Assembly (NCBI GenBank): GCA_963664115.2
Contig: CAXWPJ010000002.1
Span: 224,001-288,000 of the forward strand
Direction: 5' to 3'
DNA length: 64,000 nt
DNA from: Terriglobia bacterium
Lineage (GTDB): Bacteria > Acidobacteriota > Terriglobia > 20CM-2-55-15
This document shows, piece by piece, positions 48,663 to 58,566 of the stretch. Made by a program: the position numbers and the translations under genes. The notes beneath the pieces are model-generated. The model saw only the letters and a list, made by a program, of their open reading frames with translations, was not told the origin of the DNA and searched no databases. Within the stretch, counting starts at the first letter, position 1; the number at the start of each line of letters is the position of its first letter.

Positions 48663-49526
48663 ATGCGAAACAGGAATAGAAGCGTGCTCCTTGTGATTGT
48701 TGCGACCACCGTGATGGGGGTCCTCGCCATTGCGGTCGAGCCGGCTGCTGCTCAGGACGCATCCTACAGGGCGCCACGTTTGCTTGGAACGGACAACCCT
48801 GCTTTGAACGGTATCTGGCAGGCTCTCAACACAGCCCATTGGGACATCCGGCCCCATGCGGCAGGATCTTCCGCCTTCCCCGAACTCCTCGGTGCGATCG
48901 GGGCTGTGCCCCCTGGGCAGGGCGTAATCGAGGGTAACGGAATTCCGTATCAGCCGTGGGCCGCGGAACAACAGAGAGAGAACTTCGAGCAACGGTTCAC
49001 TCGACCCACGGACCTTCTTACCAATGAGACGGCCGGAGATCCCGAGGCCAAATGCTTTCTTCCGGGAGTACCGCGCGCCACCTACATGCCCTTTCCGTTT
49101 CAGATTTTTCATACTCCGGGATTGATCTTGATTTCCTATGAATATGCGAGTGCAACCCGCCAGATCCATCTCGATCGCGAGCCACAGAGCCCCAATGTGT
49201 CGTGGATGGGCTGGTCGATCGGCCGCTGGGAAGGGGATACGCTGGTGGTCGACGTAACGGATCAGCTCGGCCGGACGTGGCTCGACCGTGCGGGGAACTT
49301 CTACAGCGAGGCCGTCCATGTAGTGGAGCGTTACACTCCGATAAGTTCGAATCACCTGATGTACGAAGCGACTATCGAGGACCCGAACGTGTTTACGGGG
49401 CCGTGGACGATCCGCATGCCGCTCTACCGGCGCATCGAAGAACAGGCGGAACTCTTGGAATTCAAGTGCGTGGAATTCGCTGAAGAATTCATGTACGGGC
49501 AATTCATTGAAGACGCGAACGACTGA
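48663..49526 (+). CDS. Exported 'GxWEGDTLVV' family protein (type A)
   Basis: PALNGIWQALN, DPEAKCFLPGVPRATYMPFPFQI, WMGWSIGRWEGDTLVV, EFKCVEFAEE. Confidence 0.88.
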   Translation: MRNRNRSVLLVIVATTVMGVLAIAVEPAAAQDASYRAPRLLGTDNPALNGIWQALNTAHWDIRPHAAGSSAFPELLGAIGAVPPGQGVIEGNGIPYQPWAAEQQRENFEQRFTRPTDLLTNETAGDPEAKCFLPGVPRATYMPFPFQIFHTPGLILISYEYASATRQIHLDREPQSPNVSWMGWSIGRWEGDTLVVDVTDQLGRTWLDRAGNFYSEAVHVVERYTPISSNHLMYEATIEDPNVFTGPWTIRMPLYRRIEEQAELLEFKCVEFAEEFMYGQFIEDAND

Positions 49527-49560
49527 ACTGCCGTTGGGAAGAACAGACAGGAGGTTTCAG

Positions 49561-50586
49561 ATGAGCGATCGATTTCTCACCCGAATGGGAGTACCGGCGA
49601 CCTGCGTTGCCCTCGTCCTGCTTGTCGGGACACCGCTTGCCGGTCAGGCACCGGACGGAGAGACGAAACGGACACCGTGGGGGGACCCGGACCTGCAGGG
49701 CGTGTACACGTTCTCGACACCGACACCCATGGAACGACCCGAAGCGCTTGGGACCCAGGAGACCTACACCGATGCTGAACTGGCCCAACTGGATACGCAG
49801 GCAGCGTCGCGGAATGCAGACCGTGCGCGTCAATCCGAGGGCCGGCCGTCAGGCGGCTATGACCGCACCTGGACGACGGGCGAACGAGGAAGCCGCACCA
49901 ATCGCACATCGCTGATCATAGACCCACCAAACGGGCTCATACCTCCGTTAACGCCCGAGGCGCAGCGGCTCGAAGCCGAGCGAAGAGCTGAAGAAGAGTC
50001 GCGGCAAGTATCGATAATCCGGGAGGGCGAGGCTGCTCTGGACCTGGTGTACAACTCCTGGAACGACCTTTCCGGGTATATCCGTTGCGTGGGACGCCCC
50101 GTACCTCGATTCGGGGGAGCGTACAACCATGGGATTCAGATTCTGCAGACTCCCGGCTACGTCGTGCTTCACTACGAGAGCATGCACGACGCTCGCATCA
50201 TACCCCTGGACGGAAGTCCGGCGCTGGACTCGAGCATCCGCCAATGGAACGGCAGTTCACGGGGCCACTGGGAGGGCGATACGCTGGTTGTCCACCTGAC
50301 TAATTTGACGGACAAGCAACTCTTCAGGGGGACGCTGCTTCCCATGGGCGACATGGAGTTTGTGGAACGCTTCACGAGGATCGACGAGAACACGGTCCGA
50401 TACGAAGTGACGGTAAACGATCCGACGACGTGGACCGAACCCTGGACCTTCGTCCTTCCCTGGAGGAGCGATGACCAATATCAACTTCCGGAACATATAT
50501 ACGAATTCGCCTGTCACGAGGGGAACTACAGAATGATGGAGGGGACGCTCAGGGGATCTCGCACGCTGCTTGAACAGACCCAATAA
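49561..50586 (+). CDS. Exported 'GxWEGDTLVV' family protein (type B)
   Basis: AGGAGG RBS; TPWGDPDLQG, RTSLIIDPPNG, RC, AYNHG, WNGSSRGHWEGDTLVV, YEFACHEGNY. Confidence 0.88.
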   Translation: MSDRFLTRMGVPATCVALVLLVGTPLAGQAPDGETKRTPWGDPDLQGVYTFSTPTPMERPEALGTQETYTDAELAQLDTQAASRNADRARQSEGRPSGGYDRTWTTGERGSRTNRTSLIIDPPNGLIPPLTPEAQRLEAERRAEEESRQVSIIREGEAALDLVYNSWNDLSGYIRCVGRPVPRFGGAYNHGIQILQTPGYVVLHYESMHDARIIPLDGSPALDSSIRQWNGSSRGHWEGDTLVVHLTNLTDKQLFRGTLLPMGDMEFVERFTRIDENTVRYEVTVNDPTTWTEPWTFVLPWRSDDQYQLPEHIYEFACHEGNYRMMEGTLRGSRTLLEQTQ

Positions 50587-50683
50587 TGAATAAGAAAGTT
50601 GCACTTCTGGGGTGCGTGGTCGCCCTCACCAGTGAAAATTGGTGTGACCAAGTTTCGTATGACCAAGTAAGGAGGTATATCGG

Positions 50684-51100
50684 ATGCGAATCATAAAACT
50701 GCCTGTTGTTGTTCTCGGCCTGTGCTGTTTACTGTTGCTGACCGTCGCGCCGGCCGGGGCGCATCATGCCTTTGCCGCGGAGTATGACTCCACCCGGCCA
50801 ATCGAGTTCCAGGGGACGATCACGAAGGTGGAACTGATAAATCCACACAGTTGGATCACGATAGACGTCCGGCTCGACGACGGCACGACGGAATCCTGGG
50901 AAATCGAAGCCGGCGCTCCCAACTCTTTGTACAGGCGAGGCTTTACGCGGGATTCCCTGCCGATTGGAACAGAGGTCACGGTCCGGGGTTACAGGGCCAA
51001 ATACGAAGGATTGAGGCGGGCCAACGGCGGGAGCATCACGATGTTGGACGGATCCACGATTTTCCTGGGAGGCTCCAATCCGAACAATCGGGACCGGTAA
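50684..51100 (+). CDS. DUF6152-like exported protein
   Basis: AAGGAGG RBS; AGA-HHAFAAEYD; INPHSW; AGAPNSLYRRG. Confidence 0.9.
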   Translation: MRIIKLPVVVLGLCCLLLLTVAPAGAHHAFAAEYDSTRPIEFQGTITKVELINPHSWITIDVRLDDGTTESWEIEAGAPNSLYRRGFTRDSLPIGTEVTVRGYRAKYEGLRRANGGSITMLDGSTIFLGGSNPNNRDR

Positions 51101-51312
51101 GCCCTCGGCCTCCTTTCGGGCTGGTCTTACGGGGACCAATCGGCTTGAAGTCTGCCCATTTCGGAGTGGCGGCCCCAGGCGCCCGCAACTGGCGCGCAGT
51201 CCAAACTCTGTTGGAAATCGCTAGACGCGCAAAAAGCTTTACGTTCAAGATATCGATTGCCACCGATTTTGGCTTCCATGCCATCGGCCCAGGCCTCGGT
51301 GCTGGTCTTCAA

Positions 51313-52656
51313 CTACCGTTTGTCCACGACGACGCGCCCGTCACGAACAACGAGAACAACCTTTAACAGGTCTGAAGTTTCGGCCAGCGGATTGCCATCG
51401 ATCATAACGATGTCCGCAAGTTTGCCAGGCTCCAGCGTGCCCAGATCGCTACTGCGACCAATGGCAGCAGCGGCGTTCTTCGTCATAATCTGGATGATGT
51501 CCCGACGGGAGAATACGAGTCGCAGCGGTTTCAGTTCGTGTTCCAGCGTGTCTTTCGGCAGATAGCTCGTGTCTGTTCCAAAGGCATAGATACCTCCGGC
51601 ATCCCAGAACAGCCGCGCGTTCACCGGACCCTGTCCCACGCTGTACCACGCCGCCGCGCCCTCCGGATACAGACCCAGGTCGCGGAAACGGGCCTCGTTG
51701 TCAAAGCCGGTCGCCTCACGCACAGCCTGGTTGTCTTCGGCAAATGTCGGAACGAATACGCCAAGAGTCGACACCATCGGGATTCGGGCATCGGCGATCA
51801 ACTGGGCTGTGGACACGTCCAGCAGGTCCGTATGCGGCGTATGCATGAGCACATGCGTGTTGGCTCGAACGGCCGCCAGCGTGTCCTGAACGCTGGTGGC
51901 GTGCGTAATACTGCGAAGGCCCTGTCTGCGGCTTTCATCGGCGATGATGGCCAGGGTGTTCTCCTCAGGCCCCCCCGGGGTGATAGTAATATTCGTTTTG
52001 ATCGCTTCGACGCCGGCTTCAGCCGCCGCCCTGATCGTTGCACGAGTGTCCGCTTCAGCAATCGCGTCGGGAGGCTCGGTGGGACGATTTTCCGCACGCG
52101 ATGAACCGATCCGGGCGGGGTCACTGAAACCGGCTCCACCCCTACCCGCGGCTCCACCTCTACCTGGGTTTTCCCCTCTACCGGCGGCTCCCAGCTGGGC
52201 TCGGGTGGTCACGACGATGCGGGGACCGTCGAGTTCTCCCGCATCAATGCGACGGCGGAGTTCGACCTGGCTTTCCGCGCCAGCGCCTGCGGACTGCAGC
52301 GCGGTGAACCCGGCCTCCAGAAACTCGCGCATGCGGTCGGTGGCTTGCTCGGCGAGCCACTCGGCCGCCGGACCCCGGATAATGTGGCGGTGCGCATCGA
52401 TGAAGCCCGGCATGAGCGTCAGCCCCTGTGCATCTATGAGACGCGCACCATCCGGTCCGGTGAGAGCGCCGGCACTCACCGAAGTAATCCGGCCGTCGGC
52501 GACGATGACTGTGCCGTCGGCAATGACGCCACCATTTCCATCAATGATGCGCGCGTTCGTAATGACCAGATCCTGGGCTGCAAGGTCCGCCGAAACAATA
52601 AGATGTCCGACAAGCACCCAACAGACAAATACAAGTAGTCGTTTCACTGTTCTCAT
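51313..52656 (-). CDS. Secreted amidohydrolase family protein
   Basis: MPGFIDAHRH, THA, MH, FGTD, GTLEPGKLADIV. Confidence 0.88.
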   Translation of the reverse strand: MRTVKRLLVFVCWVLVGHLIVSADLAAQDLVITNARIIDGNGGVIADGTVIVADGRITSVSAGALTGPDGARLIDAQGLTLMPGFIDAHRHIIRGPAAEWLAEQATDRMREFLEAGFTALQSAGAGAESQVELRRRIDAGELDGPRIVVTTRAQLGAAGRGENPGRGGAAGRGGAGFSDPARIGSSRAENRPTEPPDAIAEADTRATIRAAAEAGVEAIKTNITITPGGPEENTLAIIADESRRQGLRSITHATSVQDTLAAVRANTHVLMHTPHTDLLDVSTAQLIADARIPMVSTLGVFVPTFAEDNQAVREATGFDNEARFRDLGLYPEGAAAWYSVGQGPVNARLFWDAGGIYAFGTDTSYLPKDTLEHELKPLRLVFSRRDIIQIMTKNAAAAIGRSSDLGTLEPGKLADIVMIDGNPLAETSDLLKVVLVVRDGRVVVDKR

Positions 52657-52733
52657 CCTCCTGGACCGAGCGTATGAAGACGTGCATCATGATATCTCAA
52701 ACCACGAATCAGGGGAGGGATGCCGGTGCGTTG

Positions 52734-52782
52734 ATTCTCAAGTTCAAGACCCGACAATTCATTCGTGTGGGAAGTTGAGAAT
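52734..52782 (+). repeat. Palindromic site, divergent copy 15
   Basis: ATTCTCAAG(TTCAAG)ACCCGACAA-TTCATT-CGTGTGGGAAGTTGAGAAT. Confidence 0.5.
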
Positions 52783-53059
52783 TTGCCAACATACAGGAAC
52801 TGACCCTTTGCTTAGCAATAACTCTCCCGTGTATATCGATCTGCCGGAATATCGCGACTCCCCGACGCCACACACTCAATCATGGAAAGGCACAAAACCC
52901 GGCCACGATGAGATCAGCATCGACAGGTGATCCTGGAAACCACCGGCAGCCGCCTGAATACGACGCCGGAAAACGGCGCATGGGTCACCCCAATATCTGA
53001 CTCTTTGCTTTCTTCTTCGGGGCTGAGGCTATAAAATTTTCCCCATCTTTCAACATTAC

Positions 53060-54415
53060 GTGATAACCGATCGGGCGATCACAATCGGAGGGTATATGGT
53101 TCAAAGGAAGGCAACGATGCGACTGGTCCTATGTTTCCTGACAATAATGTTGGCCACGGAGGCGAGCTGGGCACAGTCAACCCAGACAACGTATGTCAGT
53201 TTCGGACGTGCCAATGCTCTGCTGGTAGAGCCCGCGGAGCCGGGCCCCAATAGTCACATCGCGCTTGTATACAACCATCCGGGCACGAGTTTGAACCTGC
53301 TGTTGGATCCGGTAAACAACTTTGATCACCGATCCGGGCCCGAACTGGCCAGCCGTGGCTACCGCGTGCTGTTGCTGAATCACAACTCTTCCAGAACGGG
53401 ATACGAACCGATCTTTCCTGCAATCGGCCAGTCCATCGAGTATCTCCGAAACCTCCCGGGCGTGGACACGGTATTGCTGCTGACCCACAGCATCGGCGGA
53501 CCCGTGATGGCTTTCTATCAAAACGTCGCGGAAAACGGGCCGGGCGCGTGCCAGGGACCAGAGAAAATCTATTCCTGCCGGGGTGAACTGACCGATCTCC
53601 CCACCGCAGACGGCATTGTGTTTCTGGATGTACATCTTGGTGAGGGATTCCGGTTTTTGACTTATGTGGATCCGGCTATAGACGATGAAGCGAATCCAAT
53701 GCACAGAAATGCCGCGCTCGACATGTTCGCCAAGGCCAACGGCTACGATCCCGCAGACGGTGGGGCAACCTACAGCCAGGCGTTTCTGAAGGATTTCTTT
53801 GCAGCTCAAGGAGACCGAAACGAAAGGTTGATTCAGGCGGCGGAGAAGCGTCTGTCCGCTATCGATAACGAGACGAGTCTGTACAAGAACGATGAGCCCT
53901 TTGAAGTGGCGTCCCTGATCGCCCGTGCTCTTCAGTCTGACGTGAGTTTGATATCGCGGACACGCTCCGCACATCCCCTGCTCAAGGCCGACGGGACTGT
54001 GGAAACCCAAATTGTCCATTCGGTTCGTCCTCCGAGCGGGAGGCATGACCGCTTGGGAACTTACGAGCAATATTCGGTCCGTCAGTTCCTGGCGAGTGAA
54101 GCACTTCGTACGACAGCAGACTACATGATGACGGAGGATTCGATCACAGGTGTCGATTGGGCTTCTTCGATCAACAGCGCTCCTTCAAATCTGGAGGGCG
54201 TCCAGGTGCCGGTGTTGATCCTGACGATGTCGTGCCACTATTTTGTCGTGCCGAACGAGCTTCTTTTTGAGCATGCCGCCAGCAAAGACAAACAGCTCGT
54301 CTACGTCGAAGGCGCCTCGCATTCCATGACCCCGTGCCGTCCGGAATTCGGCGACACGGTGAAACGCACATTTGACTATGTGGATGGGTGGCTCAGCGAC
54401 AGTGAGAGATTTTGA
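53060..54415 (+). CDS. Secreted alpha/beta-hydrolase-fold protein
   Basis: Signal peptide; THSIGGP nucleophile elbow; VEGASH; start may be downstream. Confidence 0.75.
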   Translation: MITDRAITIGGYMVQRKATMRLVLCFLTIMLATEASWAQSTQTTYVSFGRANALLVEPAEPGPNSHIALVYNHPGTSLNLLLDPVNNFDHRSGPELASRGYRVLLLNHNSSRTGYEPIFPAIGQSIEYLRNLPGVDTVLLLTHSIGGPVMAFYQNVAENGPGACQGPEKIYSCRGELTDLPTADGIVFLDVHLGEGFRFLTYVDPAIDDEANPMHRNAALDMFAKANGYDPADGGATYSQAFLKDFFAAQGDRNERLIQAAEKRLSAIDNETSLYKNDEPFEVASLIARALQSDVSLISRTRSAHPLLKADGTVETQIVHSVRPPSGRHDRLGTYEQYSVRQFLASEALRTTADYMMTEDSITGVDWASSINSAPSNLEGVQVPVLILTMSCHYFVVPNELLFEHAASKDKQLVYVEGASHSMTPCRPEFGDTVKRTFDYVDGWLSDSERF

Positions 54416-54595
54416 CGGCGCGGATCGCATCCGGTCAGCCTGACAGTTCTCTGCCAGGCTGACGGTAGGGCACGACGGGCCACACTGAAGGCCAGCGGGC
54501 GCTGCCGGGTCGTTTCGGGCATTACACAGATTAGAACCAGACGCCGATGCACCGGCTGCCTCGATTCCGACGGCACAGGTGAGGCGAACGCCCGT

Positions 54596-55306
54596 TTATC
54601 CCACGTATGCGAACGAGTACCCCCGCTCCTGTGCCCGATCGACGGCAACAATACCGGCCGGGACCATGGTGGAGTTATCCACGAGGTTCTGTGTCATCTC
54701 TTCGAAGATGCTGTCCTCATCCCCGTCGACTGCTGCGGCTACCCGACGCGCGTAGCCGCGCGTTGCCACCCGGCACACGGCCAGGTGCAGGCCGTTTTCA
54801 AACAGCGTGTCCAGCATGAGTCCTCCGGTCGGGAGTCCCCCGCCATAACCGGCGGCGTTGAACAAGTTCACCGTGGGTGGCTGATCCGTTTTGGGGTCGT
54901 TGAGGCCGGTTCGGGCCGCCATCGGGACACCGTATTTCTCCCAAATCACATCGTTAAACGCGAAAGCCGTGGACCTGCTTCGTGCCACGATGATCACGGC
55001 AATGTTGCTCGGTTCGACTCCGTAGGCATCATTGTTGACGTTGATGTAATTATTTGCGAAACGCATCGCCTGTCCAAAGCCGCCTGCGCTTATGTTGTCG
55101 ATGATAAACCGGTGCTCGCCCGGCAGTTCGTCAAACCAGTCGTCCTCGGAGTGACGCGTCGGTTGCCAACCGCTGCCTCCCCTCGACTGCCCCTCGGCCG
55201 ATCCAGCACCTGCGGCAAAAACCGCACCGAAAGCTGCCGCACCCGCACCCAGGCGTGTCAGGAACGAACGCCGCTCGAGTGGTGACTTCACTGTTTGTTC
55301 ATTCAT
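54596..55306 (-). CDS. Tat-exported protein, DsrE-like fold suspected
   Basis: ERRSFL Tat signal; AFNDVIWEKYG; LAVC; VPAGIVAVDRAQERGY. Confidence 0.7.
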   Translation of the reverse strand: MNEQTVKSPLERRSFLTRLGAGAAAFGAVFAAGAGSAEGQSRGGSGWQPTRHSEDDWFDELPGEHRFIIDNISAGGFGQAMRFANNYINVNNDAYGVEPSNIAVIIVARSRSTAFAFNDVIWEKYGVPMAARTGLNDPKTDQPPTVNLFNAAGYGGGLPTGGLMLDTLFENGLHLAVCRVATRGYARRVAAAVDGDEDSIFEEMTQNLVDNSTMVPAGIVAVDRAQERGYSFAYVG

Positions 55307-55584
55307 GCTTCCTCGCTTTTTTCAGTTGTCCAATGGGACGGTGAAATAAACAACGCAAGTGTATGATACAAAGTCGCGGGATCGCTAGTTGGATCGGGAT
55401 AGGGTCTGTCGGAATGGAACCGAAACCGGCGCATCACCCGATGCTGCACGCACGTTCTTTCGCGACTTGGCGCACGATCTCAGCGGCATGAGCACCGGAT
55501 TTCAAACCTCACCCACTCGACGCGGCTTTGTTGACGTGACAGTGCCACGGCGAGAGCGCAACCCGCCTCTTCGGACCCCGGATC

Positions 55585-56424
55585 TTAATCCTCAGGGCTT
55601 ACCGCAACGTCTCGGAACCCTGCGTTGTAGCCTTCGACTTCGTTGATGGGAGCACATATACCTTCGGTGATCCCGCTGAACAAACCCGACCATTCGAAAA
55701 ACGTGTAGTTTTCCGACGGCTCCCGCTCAAACCTTCGCGGGGCCGCCGGCCACGGGGCGGCGTAGTATGTCGGATCGTAGGCCGTCATCTCGTGTTCGAT
55801 GACATCGGGGCTGACCCGCGTGTAGCGTTCCTCAATCCGAGTGGTGAGGGATACGGGATGGCCCGGCCGGTCCAGCCAGGCTCTCTCGTCGAGACCGACG
55901 GTATCGACAACCAGCGTGTCTCCTTCCCACCGGCCAACCGAGTGCCCGTACCAGGCCGGTCCGAGGAAGTCGAGGTTGTCCCCGGATGGCAGTGCCCGGC
56001 CGTCCATCCAGATGTAGCGGACCCGGTGCTCCCATTGGTAGATCTGCAGGATTCTATCGGGCAGCATGATCATTTCCAGGGGTTCGGCATCGATCAGGAG
56101 CTTTGGAAAACCCTGGGGATTGCACTGGTAGTCGGGGTCATTGGACAGATACGCATAGGGTACGTCGGGCTGAAAGGGATGAAAGCGGGCGGCGCCGGGC
56201 GATGGCACGCGGCCGCCCATGACATCCAGTGCGGCTGGCGTAAGCTCGGGCCGGGTATCCAGCCCGAAACCCTGAAACGCGCTGGCCCCGCCGATTTCCC
56301 AGATTCCCGAATAATCCCGGGCATCAAAGTCCCCCGCTTGGTCCTGTCCCCATGCCTCGGGAAGCAAGCCCAACGCAAGAACCATTACCGACGGCAATAT
56401 AATAAAGATGATTCGCTTGCACAT
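55585..56424 (-). CDS. Exported 'GxWEGDTLVV' family protein
   Basis: DYSGIW, CNPQGFPK, IWMDGR, WYGHSVGRWEGDTLVVDT, EGICAP. Confidence 0.88.
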   Translation of the reverse strand: MCKRIIFIILPSVMVLALGLLPEAWGQDQAGDFDARDYSGIWEIGGASAFQGFGLDTRPELTPAALDVMGGRVPSPGAARFHPFQPDVPYAYLSNDPDYQCNPQGFPKLLIDAEPLEMIMLPDRILQIYQWEHRVRYIWMDGRALPSGDNLDFLGPAWYGHSVGRWEGDTLVVDTVGLDERAWLDRPGHPVSLTTRIEERYTRVSPDVIEHEMTAYDPTYYAAPWPAAPRRFEREPSENYTFFEWSGLFSGITEGICAPINEVEGYNAGFRDVAVSPED

Positions 56425-56741
56425 TGATCTAACTCCTTCGCCCCAGCGGATTCGCTGTGTTCCGATTAAAGCGTAATTTCATTTTTTTGAATCCCATGCT
56501 GCCTATTAAAACGGTGTCCGATGGTCCGCAGTGTAGCAACTCAATCCCAGGCGTCAACAGGATCTGACAGACGCGGCCGGGTTTCGGAACATCGGGAGTA
56601 CCTGCGAGAACGATGTGCAACGTTCAGGACGACGAGTTTACGCTGCTTTTCAGGAGCAGGATTCAGGGATCGACGCTCCGACCTCCCTCGAAGGTTGAGT
56701 CCTGACACCCTCAGCGGATATTACAACGCCAGCCTTCAGGT

Positions 56742-57839
56742 TTATGGCACCCGGACGTGCTTCTCGAGCATCATCCGGCGAACGACTGCCCCGTACACAT
56801 TGCCCGCCTGGTCCACGCCGACGCCTTCGGCCCCGCTGTGATCGATCGTTGTCGATTCGATATCCTCTATGAACTCGCGCACCGATCCGTCACGGGCGCT
56901 ACCGATGCGGATGCCTTTCCTCCAGGCAGGGTTGTCCGGCCCCCAGGACTCCGAGTCCGCTACGTATATCGTGTCGTCGTCGGTGATATAGATCCCGCTC
57001 GGACGGCCAAACTGTATCCATTGATCGATGAACTGCCCGTCCTGATCGAAGATCTGTATCCGGTTATTCGATCTGTCTCCCACAAACAGCCGGCCCTGGG
57101 AATCTACGGCAATCGCATGCGGACGATTGAACTCGCCTGGATTTCCCCCAAATCCCCCCCACTCCATCAGGTAGGTTCCGTCGCTTGAAAACTTCACGAC
57201 GCGGTTGTTGGGCGAACCATGACCATCGGTAACGAAAATATCTCCGTTCGCCACCGTGACGACATCGGTGGGCTCGTTGAAGGTGTCGGGACCATCCCCG
57301 GTAACACCGGCCTGTCCAAGCGTCATCAATACTTCGCCGTCTGCACTGAATTTGAAAACCTGATGACCCTGGGTTTCCGATCCCTGGCCGTCGGTCACCC
57401 AGACGTTTCCATCGGTGTCCACGTGGAACCCGTGCGGCCAAACGAACATCCCGGCGCCCCAACTCGCAAGCAGAGCTCCGGACGGGTCCAGTTTGAGGAT
57501 GGGCGGCTCCGGACGTCCGTCACACGAGTTTTCGAAGCAGCGATGGAGAACATAGATATTGCCGTCGGGACCCGGCTCGGCTGCGCTCACCTGAGCCCAC
57601 CCTGTCGTCCCCTCGGGGAGTTCTCCCCAGGGTTCGATCCGCTGATACGGAGTCGGCAGGTCATTCACCGGCCTGTAGACACCGAATCCATCAATCGACG
57701 GCGTTATCCACGGCCCTGTTTCACCAGAACCGGATCCCGCGGTGCATCCCACACCGGCCCACACGATGATCGCGATTCCCAGCCTGAAGCTCACACGTCC
57801 TTTATGCATCATGAGTGATTCACGCATCGCAATCAGCAT
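56742..57839 (-). CDS. NHL-repeat protein, peptidyl-alpha-hydroxyglycine alpha-amidating lyase-like
   Basis: FVWPHG, GHQVFKFS, FNEPTDV, PHAIAVDSQGRLFVGDRSNNRIQIF; possible lipobox (GVGC); start may be 57812. Confidence 0.82.
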   Translation of the reverse strand: MLIAMRESLMMHKGRVSFRLGIAIIVWAGVGCTAGSGSGETGPWITPSIDGFGVYRPVNDLPTPYQRIEPWGELPEGTTGWAQVSAAEPGPDGNIYVLHRCFENSCDGRPEPPILKLDPSGALLASWGAGMFVWPHGFHVDTDGNVWVTDGQGSETQGHQVFKFSADGEVLMTLGQAGVTGDGPDTFNEPTDVVTVANGDIFVTDGHGSPNNRVVKFSSDGTYLMEWGGFGGNPGEFNRPHAIAVDSQGRLFVGDRSNNRIQIFDQDGQFIDQWIQFGRPSGIYITDDDTIYVADSESWGPDNPAWRKGIRIGSARDGSVREFIEDIESTTIDHSGAEGVGVDQAGNVYGAVVRRMMLEKHVRVP

Positions 57840-57845
57840 TGCCTG

Positions 57846-57972
57846 CTATTCAGGATCCGGAACAATGCGAATGTTCTCCAGTTGAAACAAATCGGCGGGC
57901 AACTCCGCCTCACCCGCGGAATAGTAGTTCGACTGTCGTATAAACGCGACGAGGTCCGCGCTCGCGTCCTCA
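57846..57972 (-). pseudogene. Possible C-terminal remnant of a class I cytochrome c
   Basis: ADLVAFIRQSNYYSAGEAELPADLFQLENIRI* resembles tails of such cytochromes; no CxxCH. Confidence 0.4.
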
Positions 57973-58077
57973 CGGACTGGAGTCGCCGCGGCGGAAGGGG
58001 CCTGAACGTTCACCACGGTGCGGACATTCTGATGCCTGCCAGCAGTGGAATGTCCTGAATCGCGGAAAAAGTCCGAA

Positions 58078-58566
58078 TCACTTCTGATCCTGGCTCATCA
58101 TTTGAGCGAAGAGGCGCAGTTCTTCTGCACGGGAATTACAATCGGCCGCTTTAGACGCCCGGCCTTCGCGTCGATAGACATCCGCTAACTGAGCTAGGCA
58201 GAAAAGGTAGTCGCTGAGACAGTCGTCGTAGCCTTCATACAGAGCCTCGTGCACTCCGGGGCGCCCCTTACCGTCGCCTACCGTCTCATCCGCTCTCCAG
58301 GGGAGAGTCGCCTCCTCCTTCCAGGTCACGAGAGCTTCGTAGTTTTCTGGATTTTCCAGAAAATGCCCATAGCCTTTGCGGAAGAGATCGAAAGCACGCT
58401 GATAGAGCTTCCGTGCCGGTTCAAGCTTCGTTTCGTCCTCGCTGAACGTCAGTTTCTCGGCCTGTTCAACCAGCGGCAGAAACTCTTCACCGGCGATCCC
58501 GCTGCATACGATTCGCACACGTTCCATATAGAGCTCCACGTCGGGTGCTTCTCTGGGGTCGGCCAT
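58078..58566 (-). CDS. Hypothetical helical (TPR-like) protein
   Basis: GGAGG RBS before ATG 58566; LAQLADVYRREGRASKAA helix. Confidence 0.6.
   Translation of the reverse strand: MADPREAPDVELYMERVRIVCSGIAGEEFLPLVEQAEKLTFSEDETKLEPARKLYQRAFDLFRKGYGHFLENPENYEALVTWKEEATLPWRADETVGDGKGRPGVHEALYEGYDDCLSDYLFCLAQLADVYRREGRASKAADCNSRAEELRLFAQMMSQDQK

Noticed and set aside
29772-52782. The 40-bp palindromes as a CRISPR array
   Set aside because: Spacing is irregular and gene-sized, the repeats are degenerate, and no cas genes are present.
29772-52782. The palindromes as classical integron attC sites
   Set aside because: Shorter than typical attC, the left end reads TCTCAAG rather than RYYYAAC, cargo genes lie on both strands, and no intI is in the window. 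An IntegronFinder run would settle it.
51896-52930. 344-aa plus-strand ORF
   Set aside because: Antisense to the amidohydrolase; composition typical of a shadow frame.
56695-56725. Possible extra palindromic site (GAGTCCTGACACCCTCAGCGGATATTAC)
   Set aside because: Only the left core matches; too degenerate without a PWM score.
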